A DNA stretch of 64,000 nt from Chloroflexota bacterium (lineage in GTDB: Bacteria > Chloroflexota > Dehalococcoidia > Dehalococcoidales > RBG-16-60-22): positions 19,907 to 83,906 of the forward strand of contig JACPQC010000020.1 in NCBI GenBank assembly GCA_016190695.1. The letters run 5' to 3'. The position numbers and the translations under genes are program-made. The notes under the pieces are model-generated. The model was not told the DNA's origin, did no database searches, and saw only the letters and a program-made list of their open reading frames with translations. Positions 28,041 through 35,416 of the stretch are shown piece after piece; position 1 is the stretch's first letter, and each line of letters begins with the position of its first letter.

Positions 28041-29468
28041 TTACGCATAACTGATGGTGGCCTCTCTCGCCATGCGGTCCAATTCGGCTTCAACCTCAGG
28101 GGCAAGGCGCTCCGGCTGGTGCTCAGCCAGTATCTCCCTGGCCCTCTCCCGCGCACGTTTAGCTATGTCCTTATGTCCATCGGCGTACCACGCCGTCCAG
28201 CCCCGCCGGTCCATCAGACGCGGCATCCAGAATTCTGACCTGAAGTTCCGCAGAGTATGCTTGTTCTTGAGGAAGTTGCCGCCCGGCCCAACCTGCTTTA
28301 TGACATCCAGCGCCAGGCTGTTGTCATCAACGGTGAAACCTCTCACTATTCGCTTGATAGCGGCCATGGCTTCATCGCTGAAAACCAGGTCGGCGAAGTC
28401 CACAAGCAGGTCCATGTCGAACTGCATGCCGTTGATGATGTCCCCGGCCAGTGCTGAAACCAGTCCCACGGTGCCAGTTTCAAAGCCGGCTTGAGCATCC
28501 AGGACCTTGGCATCTCGCAGGAAAGCGGGCAGCTTGACGGGGAGACCGAGATAACGTCCCATCTGTCCCGCCGCCCCCTTCAATATGCTGAACTCTGGCC
28601 CTGCCATAGATACATTGCCCGTTCTCATATCCATGATGCGGCCGGTGCTGGCATATACCACGGGGTTGCCCGGCCTGATTAGCTGGGTAAGCACGATCCC
28701 AGCCAGCATCTCGGCGTGGACCTGGGCTACCCCAGCCGCCATTGTGGCCGGGCCGGTAGCGCCTAGGATTGGGCCGGAACCCAGAATCGCCGGGAAACCG
28801 TAGCGGCAAAGCTCAATCAAGGCCTCAAGGGAAAGCCGGTCAATCTGAAAGGGACATCTAACCAGCACGTTAAAGTATATAAAGGGCCGCTCCAGCAGCT
28901 TGTCTTCGCCACCAACGGCCAGGCCTGCCATTTTTATGGCGTCCCTCACAAAGCCAGCCCCCGGCGGCGCTATGATGAATGGCTTGGAGCAATTTTTCAG
29001 AAGGATGGCCAGGGCATACCAGTTGACAGTGCTTCTGGGTACCTCCTGGGGGTTGGCCAGTGCGGCGGCAGCGCTGATATTGGGCAGGGCGTCCATCAGG
29101 CGCACCAGCTTGGCCAGGTCATCGCTGGTGCACAGGTGTCGCTCTTCGCTGTCAAGATCAATAACGTGAGTGGCCGAGGCCATTGATATCAATACCGGGG
29201 TATCTTTGCCGAAGTGGATGTCGTCTTCCGGTTTCCTGCCGTACAGGACGAAGCCGTCCCGCTTGGGCGCTACGTCTACCGCGTACTGTACCAGTTCACG
29301 GGGTATTTTTGCGGTGCTATCATCTTCAATCTTGGCCCCGCCCTTCTTCATGATAGCCAGGGCTTCCGGGCAGGGCATCTGCATGCCGACGTTTTCCAGC
29401 AGCCACAGCGCCGCCTGGTGAATGCGCTCCTGTTCCTCCGGTGAGAGAAAACTGATCTCAGGTCTCAT
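28041..29468 (-). CDS. MttB-superfamily (trimethylamine methyltransferase family) corrinoid-dependent methyltransferase, non-pyrrolysine type
   Basis: 475 aa. N-terminus LSPEEQERIHQAALWLLENVG is typical of MttB family. Uninterrupted ORF with no in-frame TAG. ATGA overlap with the upstream corrinoid protein gene. Confidence 0.8.
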   Translation of the reverse strand: MRPEISFLSPEEQERIHQAALWLLENVGMQMPCPEALAIMKKGGAKIEDDSTAKIPRELVQYAVDVAPKRDGFVLYGRKPEDDIHFGKDTPVLISMASATHVIDLDSEERHLCTSDDLAKLVRLMDALPNISAAAALANPQEVPRSTVNWYALAILLKNCSKPFIIAPPGAGFVRDAIKMAGLAVGGEDKLLERPFIYFNVLVRCPFQIDRLSLEALIELCRYGFPAILGSGPILGATGPATMAAGVAQVHAEMLAGIVLTQLIRPGNPVVYASTGRIMDMRTGNVSMAGPEFSILKGAAGQMGRYLGLPVKLPAFLRDAKVLDAQAGFETGTVGLVSALAGDIINGMQFDMDLLVDFADLVFSDEAMAAIKRIVRGFTVDDNSLALDVIKQVGPGGNFLKNKHTLRNFRSEFWMPRLMDRRGWTAWYADGHKDIAKRARERAREILAEHQPERLAPEVEAELDRMAREATISYA

Positions 29469-30124
29469 GCCAGTTGCCCCTTTCCCGCGGCCAGCATCGA
29501 CAGAGCTACATCTACCGCTTCTTTGAGGTCAGCGGCATAGCCGTCGCTGCCTATGTCCCTGGCCCAGGTGTGGTCTACGGCCGCCCCTCCCACAATCACC
29601 TTGAACCTGTCCCGCAGGCCACGTTCCCTCAGCCTGTCTACAAGCTTCTTTTGCTCCGGGGCGGTCATGGTCAGAAGACAGGAAGCGCCTATGATGTCCG
29701 CTTCTTCTTCCAGGGCGCGGTCAATAAACTTGTCTACGGGGCAGTCCACGCCGATGTCAATTACCTTGATTCCCTGGGTGGACAGCATGGTGGCGACCAG
29801 GTTCTTGCCGATATCGTGAATATCGCCGGCAACGGTGCCTATGAGGAATACCCCTTTGTCCTTGATGGAGCCCTTGGGAATCGTCTTTTGCAGCCTGTCA
29901 ACGGAATCCTTGACCATTTCCGCTGCCGCTATCAACTCCGGCAGGAAATAGTCGCCATCTTCAAACAACTTGCCGACTCTCTGTATTCCCACCGTGTAGG
30001 CTTCTTCAATAACCTTTACCGGATTCACGCCTGCCGCCAGCACCTCGCCGGTCAGGTCGCTGAGCGCCTGCTCGTTAAGCTCCACGATTGCATTTTGAAT
30101 CCCGGAAAACAACTCTTCACTCAT
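29465..30124 (-). CDS. cobalamin-binding corrinoid protein (MtgC/MttC-like)
   Basis: ORF 29465..30268, start moved to ATG 30124 (MSEELFSGIQ) after an AAGGAGA SD. DxHxxG = DIHDIG, SCLLT, VIVGGAA. Confidence 0.85.
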   Translation of the reverse strand: MSEELFSGIQNAIVELNEQALSDLTGEVLAAGVNPVKVIEEAYTVGIQRVGKLFEDGDYFLPELIAAAEMVKDSVDRLQKTIPKGSIKDKGVFLIGTVAGDIHDIGKNLVATMLSTQGIKVIDIGVDCPVDKFIDRALEEEADIIGASCLLTMTAPEQKKLVDRLRERGLRDRFKVIVGGAAVDHTWARDIGSDGYAADLKEAVDVALSMLAAGKGQLA

Positions 30125-30189
30125 AGAATCTCCTTCGCCCCTTGATTGGTCCAACCGGCGATAGTAGCCGCCTGAATAATATGCTGGAA

Positions 30190-30219
30190 ATGATACACCT
30201 TGTGTTAAGTTTTTGTCAA
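30190..30219 (-). promoter_or_regulatory. sigma-70-type promoter of the corrinoid protein-MttB-TAXI-TRAP operon
   Basis: Minus strand: TTGACA (30219-30214), 18-nt spacer ending in TG, TATCAT (30195-30190). About 65 nt upstream of ATG 30124. Confidence 0.4.
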
Positions 30220-30251
30220 GCCAGGCGTGATTGGGCAAAGTACAATCTTTC

Positions 30252-31307
30252 CTACCCATTAGGCACAACTCCCCTAGAAGCGTCTATCGGGGTTAGGGTC
30301 GCATCCATAACAGGCGCACCCTTCTTTACTGATTTCCTGCGAGATAACTTAACCTGATAGTCATTATCCGGTGCGCCTTCTGGTATGACAATATCATTCC
30401 AGTCTTTACAAGGGACTACCTTGCTTGCCGCCTGAGCGGGCGGAATATTCCCGCAACCCTCATTCTGCTTAAAGAAGTTGTAGTTTACTAGCCATCCGCC
30501 AGTTAAGAGCCTGATGCTCTCTATATCATGGTATTTCTGGAACACTTCTGTCCTTTGTTCTAGTGTCCGGTGGAAGCGCTCAATCTCCGCCGTAGATTCC
30601 CCGCTGGAAACAGTCTTGAACGGCCCGCCTTGAATGTGCTCAGTTCGCCCGCCGTATTCATCCCCTACCCCGCTAATGTAGGATTGCAGCTTATCCGTAA
30701 CGACTACCTTCGGGTACTTCCCCGCTCTTATTCTGGCCAATCTCATTAACGTCCTAGCATCACCGGTTCCCCTGTTAAATGATACATGGGTGGCAAGGAT
30801 GTAATTGGTCTTTGGGTCTATGATGTCCCAGAAATAGACATTACGCTTCTTTAGCTTCATGTAGGTTTCATCTGCTATCCAGGTATCCCCTACGTTTTCA
30901 GGCTTGAAACTCTTAGTGTGCCTGATAGCTTCTCTGGTGAACCGCTTTACCCAATTCCAGTAGTTACTTTCGCTCATATCAAGGTCATGGTCTTGTCTGA
31001 ATTGCTGCTGGATAGCATCGAGGGACATACCGCCGTAGTACATCCCCATAGCAGAGGCTATCCGGCTTGAAGGCGTTTTCATCTTGGTAATACGAGCCTC
31101 GTTTTCAAGCGGGGTAGCAGGCGCACTAATAGATGTGGTTGTGGATATTTCAGGCATACGACTACCTGAAAGCGTAGAACGACCTGACCTGCCTATGTAC
31201 CGGATAACCTTTTGCATGACCTTTTTACCTTTGCGTATGCCCATGACTTCGTAGTCATACCAGTTGCCGGAACCCGGCGGAATTTCTTTTGCTCGTATGT
31301 AGGTCAT
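30252..31307 (-). CDS. DDE transposase, IS6/IS240-like
   Basis: 351 aa. DDE context WIADETYMKL...VVVTDKLQSYISGV...STAEIERFHRTLEQRTEVF resembles the IS6-family D, D, E(x)H..K.R pattern. Lower GC than the flanks. Bounded by inverted repeats. Confidence 0.6.
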   Translation of the reverse strand: MTYIRAKEIPPGSGNWYDYEVMGIRKGKKVMQKVIRYIGRSGRSTLSGSRMPEISTTTSISAPATPLENEARITKMKTPSSRIASAMGMYYGGMSLDAIQQQFRQDHDLDMSESNYWNWVKRFTREAIRHTKSFKPENVGDTWIADETYMKLKKRNVYFWDIIDPKTNYILATHVSFNRGTGDARTLMRLARIRAGKYPKVVVTDKLQSYISGVGDEYGGRTEHIQGGPFKTVSSGESTAEIERFHRTLEQRTEVFQKYHDIESIRLLTGGWLVNYNFFKQNEGCGNIPPAQAASKVVPCKDWNDIVIPEGAPDNDYQVKLSRRKSVKKGAPVMDATLTPIDASRGVVPNG

Positions 31308-32077
31308 AAGTCATCACCTCGCAGCAACTCATTAATTCTACTTTCAATGTCTTTTAACTGTATTTGGAAACCATCTTCAGTGTACTGCTTACCTCTGTAT
31401 CCACCTCGGTATCCCATAGGAACGTTTGGAATCTTTTTATTATTCATTGATAACGAAGCATATATTTGGAGCGAACGAGCAATATGCTCTAACCACCACA
31501 AGCTATGTAATTTCTTTTTTAGTTTTTTATCATCTACTTTTGAGAGAATGATATTATAATTATCCAAGATTCTCTTATAAAAAGGGTCTGTCTCTTTAAG
31601 CTCGTAATAGTATAAATTATTAATGGGAAATTTTTTTCGCACCAATTTATTAGTTATCTCAATCGGTTTTTGGGGCTTCCGCTTGGTTACAAGGTAAGGC
31701 ATCGTATTTTTCAAATATTTCTCCCAATATTGCATTAAAGGCAATTTCTCCGCCTTATTCATAAGCGGTCTTAGGGCTTTCAACCTCTTTTCTACTGATT
31801 CTCTTAGCTCTGGTAATACCTTTTGACGTTCCGAGACTATAGCTTTTTGGTCATTGAACGACAGTCTCTTCTCAGTCTTAAAAAGGGCGTAAGCATATAG
31901 TACAACCGCAATAACAAATAAAGTTATAACGATAATTCCCAAAGGAGAATTCCAGATCACGAGGCTCACAGTAGAATCTCCTTTGAATGGTATGAATAAT
32001 ACCAAGACCGTGATAGCCCATGAAACAATCCCTGCCAAACCATAAATGTTAGTCTTGTTCCAGAAATACTTTTCCAT
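31304..32077 (-). CDS. hypothetical membrane-anchored protein, passenger of the IS6-like element
   Basis: 257 aa. Two N-terminal TM helices, then a Lys/Glu-rich soluble domain. Low GC. The stop overlaps the transposase start (ATGA). AGGTGA SD upstream. Confidence 0.5.
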   Translation of the reverse strand: MEKYFWNKTNIYGLAGIVSWAITVLVLFIPFKGDSTVSLVIWNSPLGIIVITLFVIAVVLYAYALFKTEKRLSFNDQKAIVSERQKVLPELRESVEKRLKALRPLMNKAEKLPLMQYWEKYLKNTMPYLVTKRKPQKPIEITNKLVRKKFPINNLYYYELKETDPFYKRILDNYNIILSKVDDKKLKKKLHSLWWLEHIARSLQIYASLSMNNKKIPNVPMGYRGGYRGKQYTEDGFQIQLKDIESRINELLRGDDL

Positions 32078-32169
32078 TGTTCACCTGCCTGCTTTATTCT
32101 TTGCAGGCAGTATACACCCAAATGGTGCTTAGGCACAACTTCAGCGAAGATTGTACTTTGCCCGTGATT

Positions 32170-32633
32170 GGGCAAAGTACACTCTTCCTTATTTCATTAG
32201 GCACAACATCATGCTCGCTTTCTCACTTGCTTGAACTTAGCCAGCTCCTCAGCCGGGTCTATACCTAATTTTTTGGCGATAGCTTGCTGGACTATCTTTG
32301 CCTCTTTCTGCTCCTTGATTTCTTTACGCCTTATAAAGAATATGATAACTGATATGCCAAGCAAAAACCCTAAAGCAATAAACGTACCAGATGCACTCAT
32401 GCCAGCCACCGCCCCTGTAAAATTGCCGGACAATATCGCCTTGATAATGTCCCTAAGATTGTCTTGATACACTCCAACGATGAAAGCAATCCAGACGAAC
32501 AGTATTTCCACAAAGAAAGTAGACATTTTATTTCCCCTTCATCTTGGCTAGGGGGATTATACCATCTACCTACCCACATAGTCTTATCCCTCCTTGTTGT
32601 ACCTAATGAATAGATGGCGATTGTACTTTGCCC
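32170..32633. mobile_element. MITE-like 464-bp unit 2 related to the IS6-like element
   Basis: Left end GGGCAAAGTACACTC...CATTAGGCACAAC (32170-32207). The right-end reverse complement is GGGCAAAGTACAATC...CATTAGGTACAAC (32596-32633). About 30 of 38 positions match. Flanked by GTGATT at 32164-69 and 32634-39. Carries only a 105-aa ORF. Confidence 0.55.
32209..32526 (-). CDS. hypothetical small membrane protein inside a MITE-like unit
   Basis: 105 aa. Two to three TM helices plus a basic C-terminal helix. Low GC. Lies between imperfect 38-bp inverted repeats. Confidence 0.4.
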   Translation of the reverse strand: MSTFFVEILFVWIAFIVGVYQDNLRDIIKAILSGNFTGAVAGMSASGTFIALGFLLGISVIIFFIRRKEIKEQKEAKIVQQAIAKKLGIDPAEELAKFKQVRKRA

Positions 32634-32684
32634 GTGATTGGGATGGGGAAATAGCCTGGAGAAAAGGCAGACGGGTCTATAGCG

Positions 32685-34121
32685 CTATTGTCCGGGTGTC
32701 TCTTCAGGCAAGACTATCAATAATTTCCTGGGCAGGAGCATTTTCGCCGAAGTCCCCACGTGCTCCTGGCTGCGTATCTCCAGCCGTCCGCCATGTAGCT
32801 CCACTATCTGCTTCACGATGCTCAGGCCCAGGCCAGCACCCTCACGCGCCGACCTCCGATGCTGTGCCTGCCGGTGGAAGGCCTCGGTGACGTAAGGCAG
32901 GTCGTTGCCGGGGATACCCGGCCCGTTGTCAGTTACCTCCATGATTGCCCAGTCCTCGTCACCAGTCGCGGTCAACTCCACTTTCCCCCCTGCGGGAGTG
33001 AACTTGATGGCGTTATCCAGGAGGTTCATAAGCGCCTGCTTGAGAAGGTCATGGTCTCCATAGACGGTCACATCGCGCGGTGCGTTAATATCAAGTTTCA
33101 ACCCCTGCATCAGCGGCCACAGGTCCCCGGCGACCTCGTCCGCCAGATCTCTCAAGTTGACCTCTCCGGTCACCAGAGATGGCCTTGATTCCAACTGGAC
33201 GTTAAGCAGCATATTGTTCAGCAGGCGTACCAGCCGGTGAGTTTCCCTGAGCATACGTTCCAGGCTGTCTCTCGTTGCCGCGTTCAGCGAAGGTTGCAGC
33301 AGCAATACCTCAAGCTGGCCCTGTAATGCGGTAAGAGGCGTCCTGATGTCATGGGACATGCTGCCGATATGCCTTTGTTTCTGGTCAACGGCCAGGTCCA
33401 GCCTCTGCCACATCGCCGTCAGGCTCCTGGCAAGTTGCTCCAGTTCCGCCGGGCGGGACTCATCCTTGAGCCTGGTCTTGAGGTGATGGTAATCGACTTC
33501 GTTGATGGCCTGGAGGATCGTGCGCAGGGGGCGGAAGCCGCGCCGGATGAGGATGAGGCCCGCCGCCGCCCCGAGCAGCCCCCCACCCAGGCCCACTATC
33601 AGCCCGTTGCGCAGGAGCTGGCGCTTGGCCTGTTCCACCTGGTCCAGAGACTCGACGGCCTGCACGAAGGCAAGGATGTCACGGGTCCTGGGGTCGGATA
33701 CCGGGATGGTATAGACCCGCAGCGGTGCGATACCTTTTAGCGCCATGGTATCCAGTCGCCCATCGCTGGAACTGGAGAGCCGGAGCTGGTGGTCCAAAGC
33801 GTCGGCCACAGGCGCGGGTACATCGCCAAATTCGGTGATGGTATCGCCCGTGGGGCTGACTATCCGGAGGAGCAGGGGCACGAAGGGCAATTCCTGCCGG
33901 GCGAGGTCTTCCACCAGCACGGCATAGCTGGACTCATCGGTAGTTATGTCCGAGGAAACGATGGCGGCTACCATGTGGGCGCGGCTTTGCAGGTTGGCGT
34001 CAATAGATTTCTCCAGGTTCCAGATTGTGATCTCCTGGCTCAAGAATGTCACTGCAAAGGCAATGAACAGGACGGCTGCCACGAACCACAGCAGGAGCTG
34101 GGCGCGAAGGCTGAGTATCAT
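32685..34121 (-). CDS. sensor histidine kinase (two TM helices, periplasmic domain, HAMP, HisKA, HATPase)
   Basis: 478 aa. H-box GSMSHDIRTPLTAL. N/G boxes LLDNAIKFTP, DNGPGI, GAGLGLSIV. Confidence 0.88.
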   Translation of the reverse strand: MILSLRAQLLLWFVAAVLFIAFAVTFLSQEITIWNLEKSIDANLQSRAHMVAAIVSSDITTDESSYAVLVEDLARQELPFVPLLLRIVSPTGDTITEFGDVPAPVADALDHQLRLSSSSDGRLDTMALKGIAPLRVYTIPVSDPRTRDILAFVQAVESLDQVEQAKRQLLRNGLIVGLGGGLLGAAAGLILIRRGFRPLRTILQAINEVDYHHLKTRLKDESRPAELEQLARSLTAMWQRLDLAVDQKQRHIGSMSHDIRTPLTALQGQLEVLLLQPSLNAATRDSLERMLRETHRLVRLLNNMLLNVQLESRPSLVTGEVNLRDLADEVAGDLWPLMQGLKLDINAPRDVTVYGDHDLLKQALMNLLDNAIKFTPAGGKVELTATGDEDWAIMEVTDNGPGIPGNDLPYVTEAFHRQAQHRRSAREGAGLGLSIVKQIVELHGGRLEIRSQEHVGTSAKMLLPRKLLIVLPEETPGQ

Positions 34122-34792
34122 GGGACCTCCCGGAGCACGTAGCCGAAACCGCGCAGGGTGTGGATGAGGTCACTGGCGCCTCCCGCGTTCAGTTTTTGCC
34201 TCAGAAAATTGATATATACCTTCACCGGATCAGTGTCCGCTTCGTAATCGCCGCCCCAGATACGGTCCAGGATAATCTCCCGCCGCACCGGGCGGCCCGC
34301 ATTCTCCGCCAGCAGCTTGAGCAGGTCAAACTCACGGGTTGTCAGTTCTATTTTCCTGCCGTCTCGATGCACCTGCCGGCACTTCATATCCACTTCGAGA
34401 TCGCCCACCTTGATGACATCTTCGGTCAAGGTCTTTTTACGGCGGAGCACGGAGCGGATCCTGGCCACCAGCTCTTCAAAGGCGAATGGTTTGGGCAGGT
34501 AGTCGTCAGCACCTGCCTCCAGGCCCAGCACCCGGTCACCTACCAGGTGGCGAGCGGTGAGGATAATGATGCCGGCGTCCCCGATGGCGCGCAACTCGCG
34601 GCAGATGTCAATGCCGTCAGCGTCGGGAAGCATCAGGTCCAGGACGACCAGGTCAGGGCAAAAGGTCTCAGCCATCTTCAGCCCGCTGTCCCCGGTAAAG
34701 GCTACCTGAATTTCAAAACCCTTTTGCGCCAGGCCGCGCCGGATGAAATCGGAGGTATTTACATCATCTTCAATGACAAGCACTTTCGCCAT
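34118..34792 (-). CDS. OmpR/PhoB-family response regulator
   Basis: 224 aa. Receiver (LVIEDD...LVVLDLMLPDADG). Winged-helix C-terminus (LTTREFDLLKLL...IHTLRGFGYVL). 4-nt overlap with the kinase gene. Confidence 0.92.
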   Translation of the reverse strand: MAKVLVIEDDVNTSDFIRRGLAQKGFEIQVAFTGDSGLKMAETFCPDLVVLDLMLPDADGIDICRELRAIGDAGIIILTARHLVGDRVLGLEAGADDYLPKPFAFEELVARIRSVLRRKKTLTEDVIKVGDLEVDMKCRQVHRDGRKIELTTREFDLLKLLAENAGRPVRREIILDRIWGGDYEADTDPVKVYINFLRQKLNAGGASDLIHTLRGFGYVLREVP

Positions 34793-34864
34793 TGTTAACC
34801 TCCCTGGCTGTCTCGACCTGCTCGCTTAATTATACACTGTCTCCATTATGACCATGAATTCATG

Positions 34865-34903
34865 TTAACCGTTCTTTAACCTCCGTTCAACATTAGATCA
34901 ACC
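34865..34903 (+). promoter_or_regulatory. four phased direct repeats T(T/C)AAC(C/A), candidate OmpR-family response-regulator binding array
   Basis: TTAACC 34865, TTAACC 34876, TCAACA 34887, TCAACC 34898: exactly 11-bp spacing. A GATATT -10-like hexamer at 34911-16 lies 18 nt after the third repeat. Located between the divergent RR gene and the USP/mrp operon. Confidence 0.4.
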
Positions 34904-34969
34904 TGCATCTGATATTGTTTGGGGATGACAGGATGACCGATATATCCTGGTGCGTGCCGGAGGTGAGAT

Positions 34970-35380
34970 GTGGAAGACATGCTTGTTCTGCTTGACCGCC
35001 CGGAGGATATCGAAGGCCGGCTGGAGGAGATACAGCAGGTCGCTGCCAGTCACAAGGTGAAGAGGGTGTACCTTGCCAGGGCGCCCCGAGCTTTTGGCAC
35101 AAGGGTGCGCGGCATGGTGGCCCCTCACAAACTTAAACTGGCGGTGCAAATGAGCGCCGAGGCGACCGGAATATATCTATCCAGGGCGGCCCGGGAACTG
35201 AGCAAAGGCGGGTTGAACGTGGAGGTGATCAGCGCCAGCCAGGAAGAAATTGACAGGCTCATGGGAAAGAGCAATATTGACCTGCTCATCGGCGTCAAGG
35301 GTATTGCCGGGTCTCCGGCCTGCGAAGGGCGGCTGCAAGCGCAGACCAGTACGAGGGCGGTACCGCGGAGAGAGGCCTGA
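34970..35380 (+). CDS. USP-like (universal stress protein fold) module protein, short form
   Basis: 136 aa. Paralogous to the two N-terminal modules of the next ORF (MLVLLDR.D...L..I...A..H.V.RVYLAR...APH.L). GTG 34970 or ATG 34979 as start. Confidence 0.5.
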   Translation: MEDMLVLLDRPEDIEGRLEEIQQVAASHKVKRVYLARAPRAFGTRVRGMVAPHKLKLAVQMSAEATGIYLSRAARELSKGGLNVEVISASQEEIDRLMGKSNIDLLIGVKGIAGSPACEGRLQAQTSTRAVPRREA

Positions 35381-35416
35381 TGACGGAGCTTACTTTCTTG
35401 AGCGAGGTTGGTTGAC

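Larger units (their letters stand above)
30233..32163 (-). mobile_element. IS6-like insertion sequence unit 1 (transposase plus 257-aa passenger ORF)
   Basis: Perfect 15-bp terminal inverted repeats GGGCAAAGTACAATC (30233-30247) and GATTGTACTTTGCCC (32149-32163). GTGATT on both outer sides (30227-32 and 32164-69). GC content visibly lower than the flanks. Confidence 0.6.

Noticed and set aside
28041-29468. Possible pyrrolysine (in-frame UAG) in the MttB-family gene
   Set aside because: The ORF is uninterrupted from ATG 29468 to the stop at 28041, with no in-frame TAG. No pyl genes are in the window.
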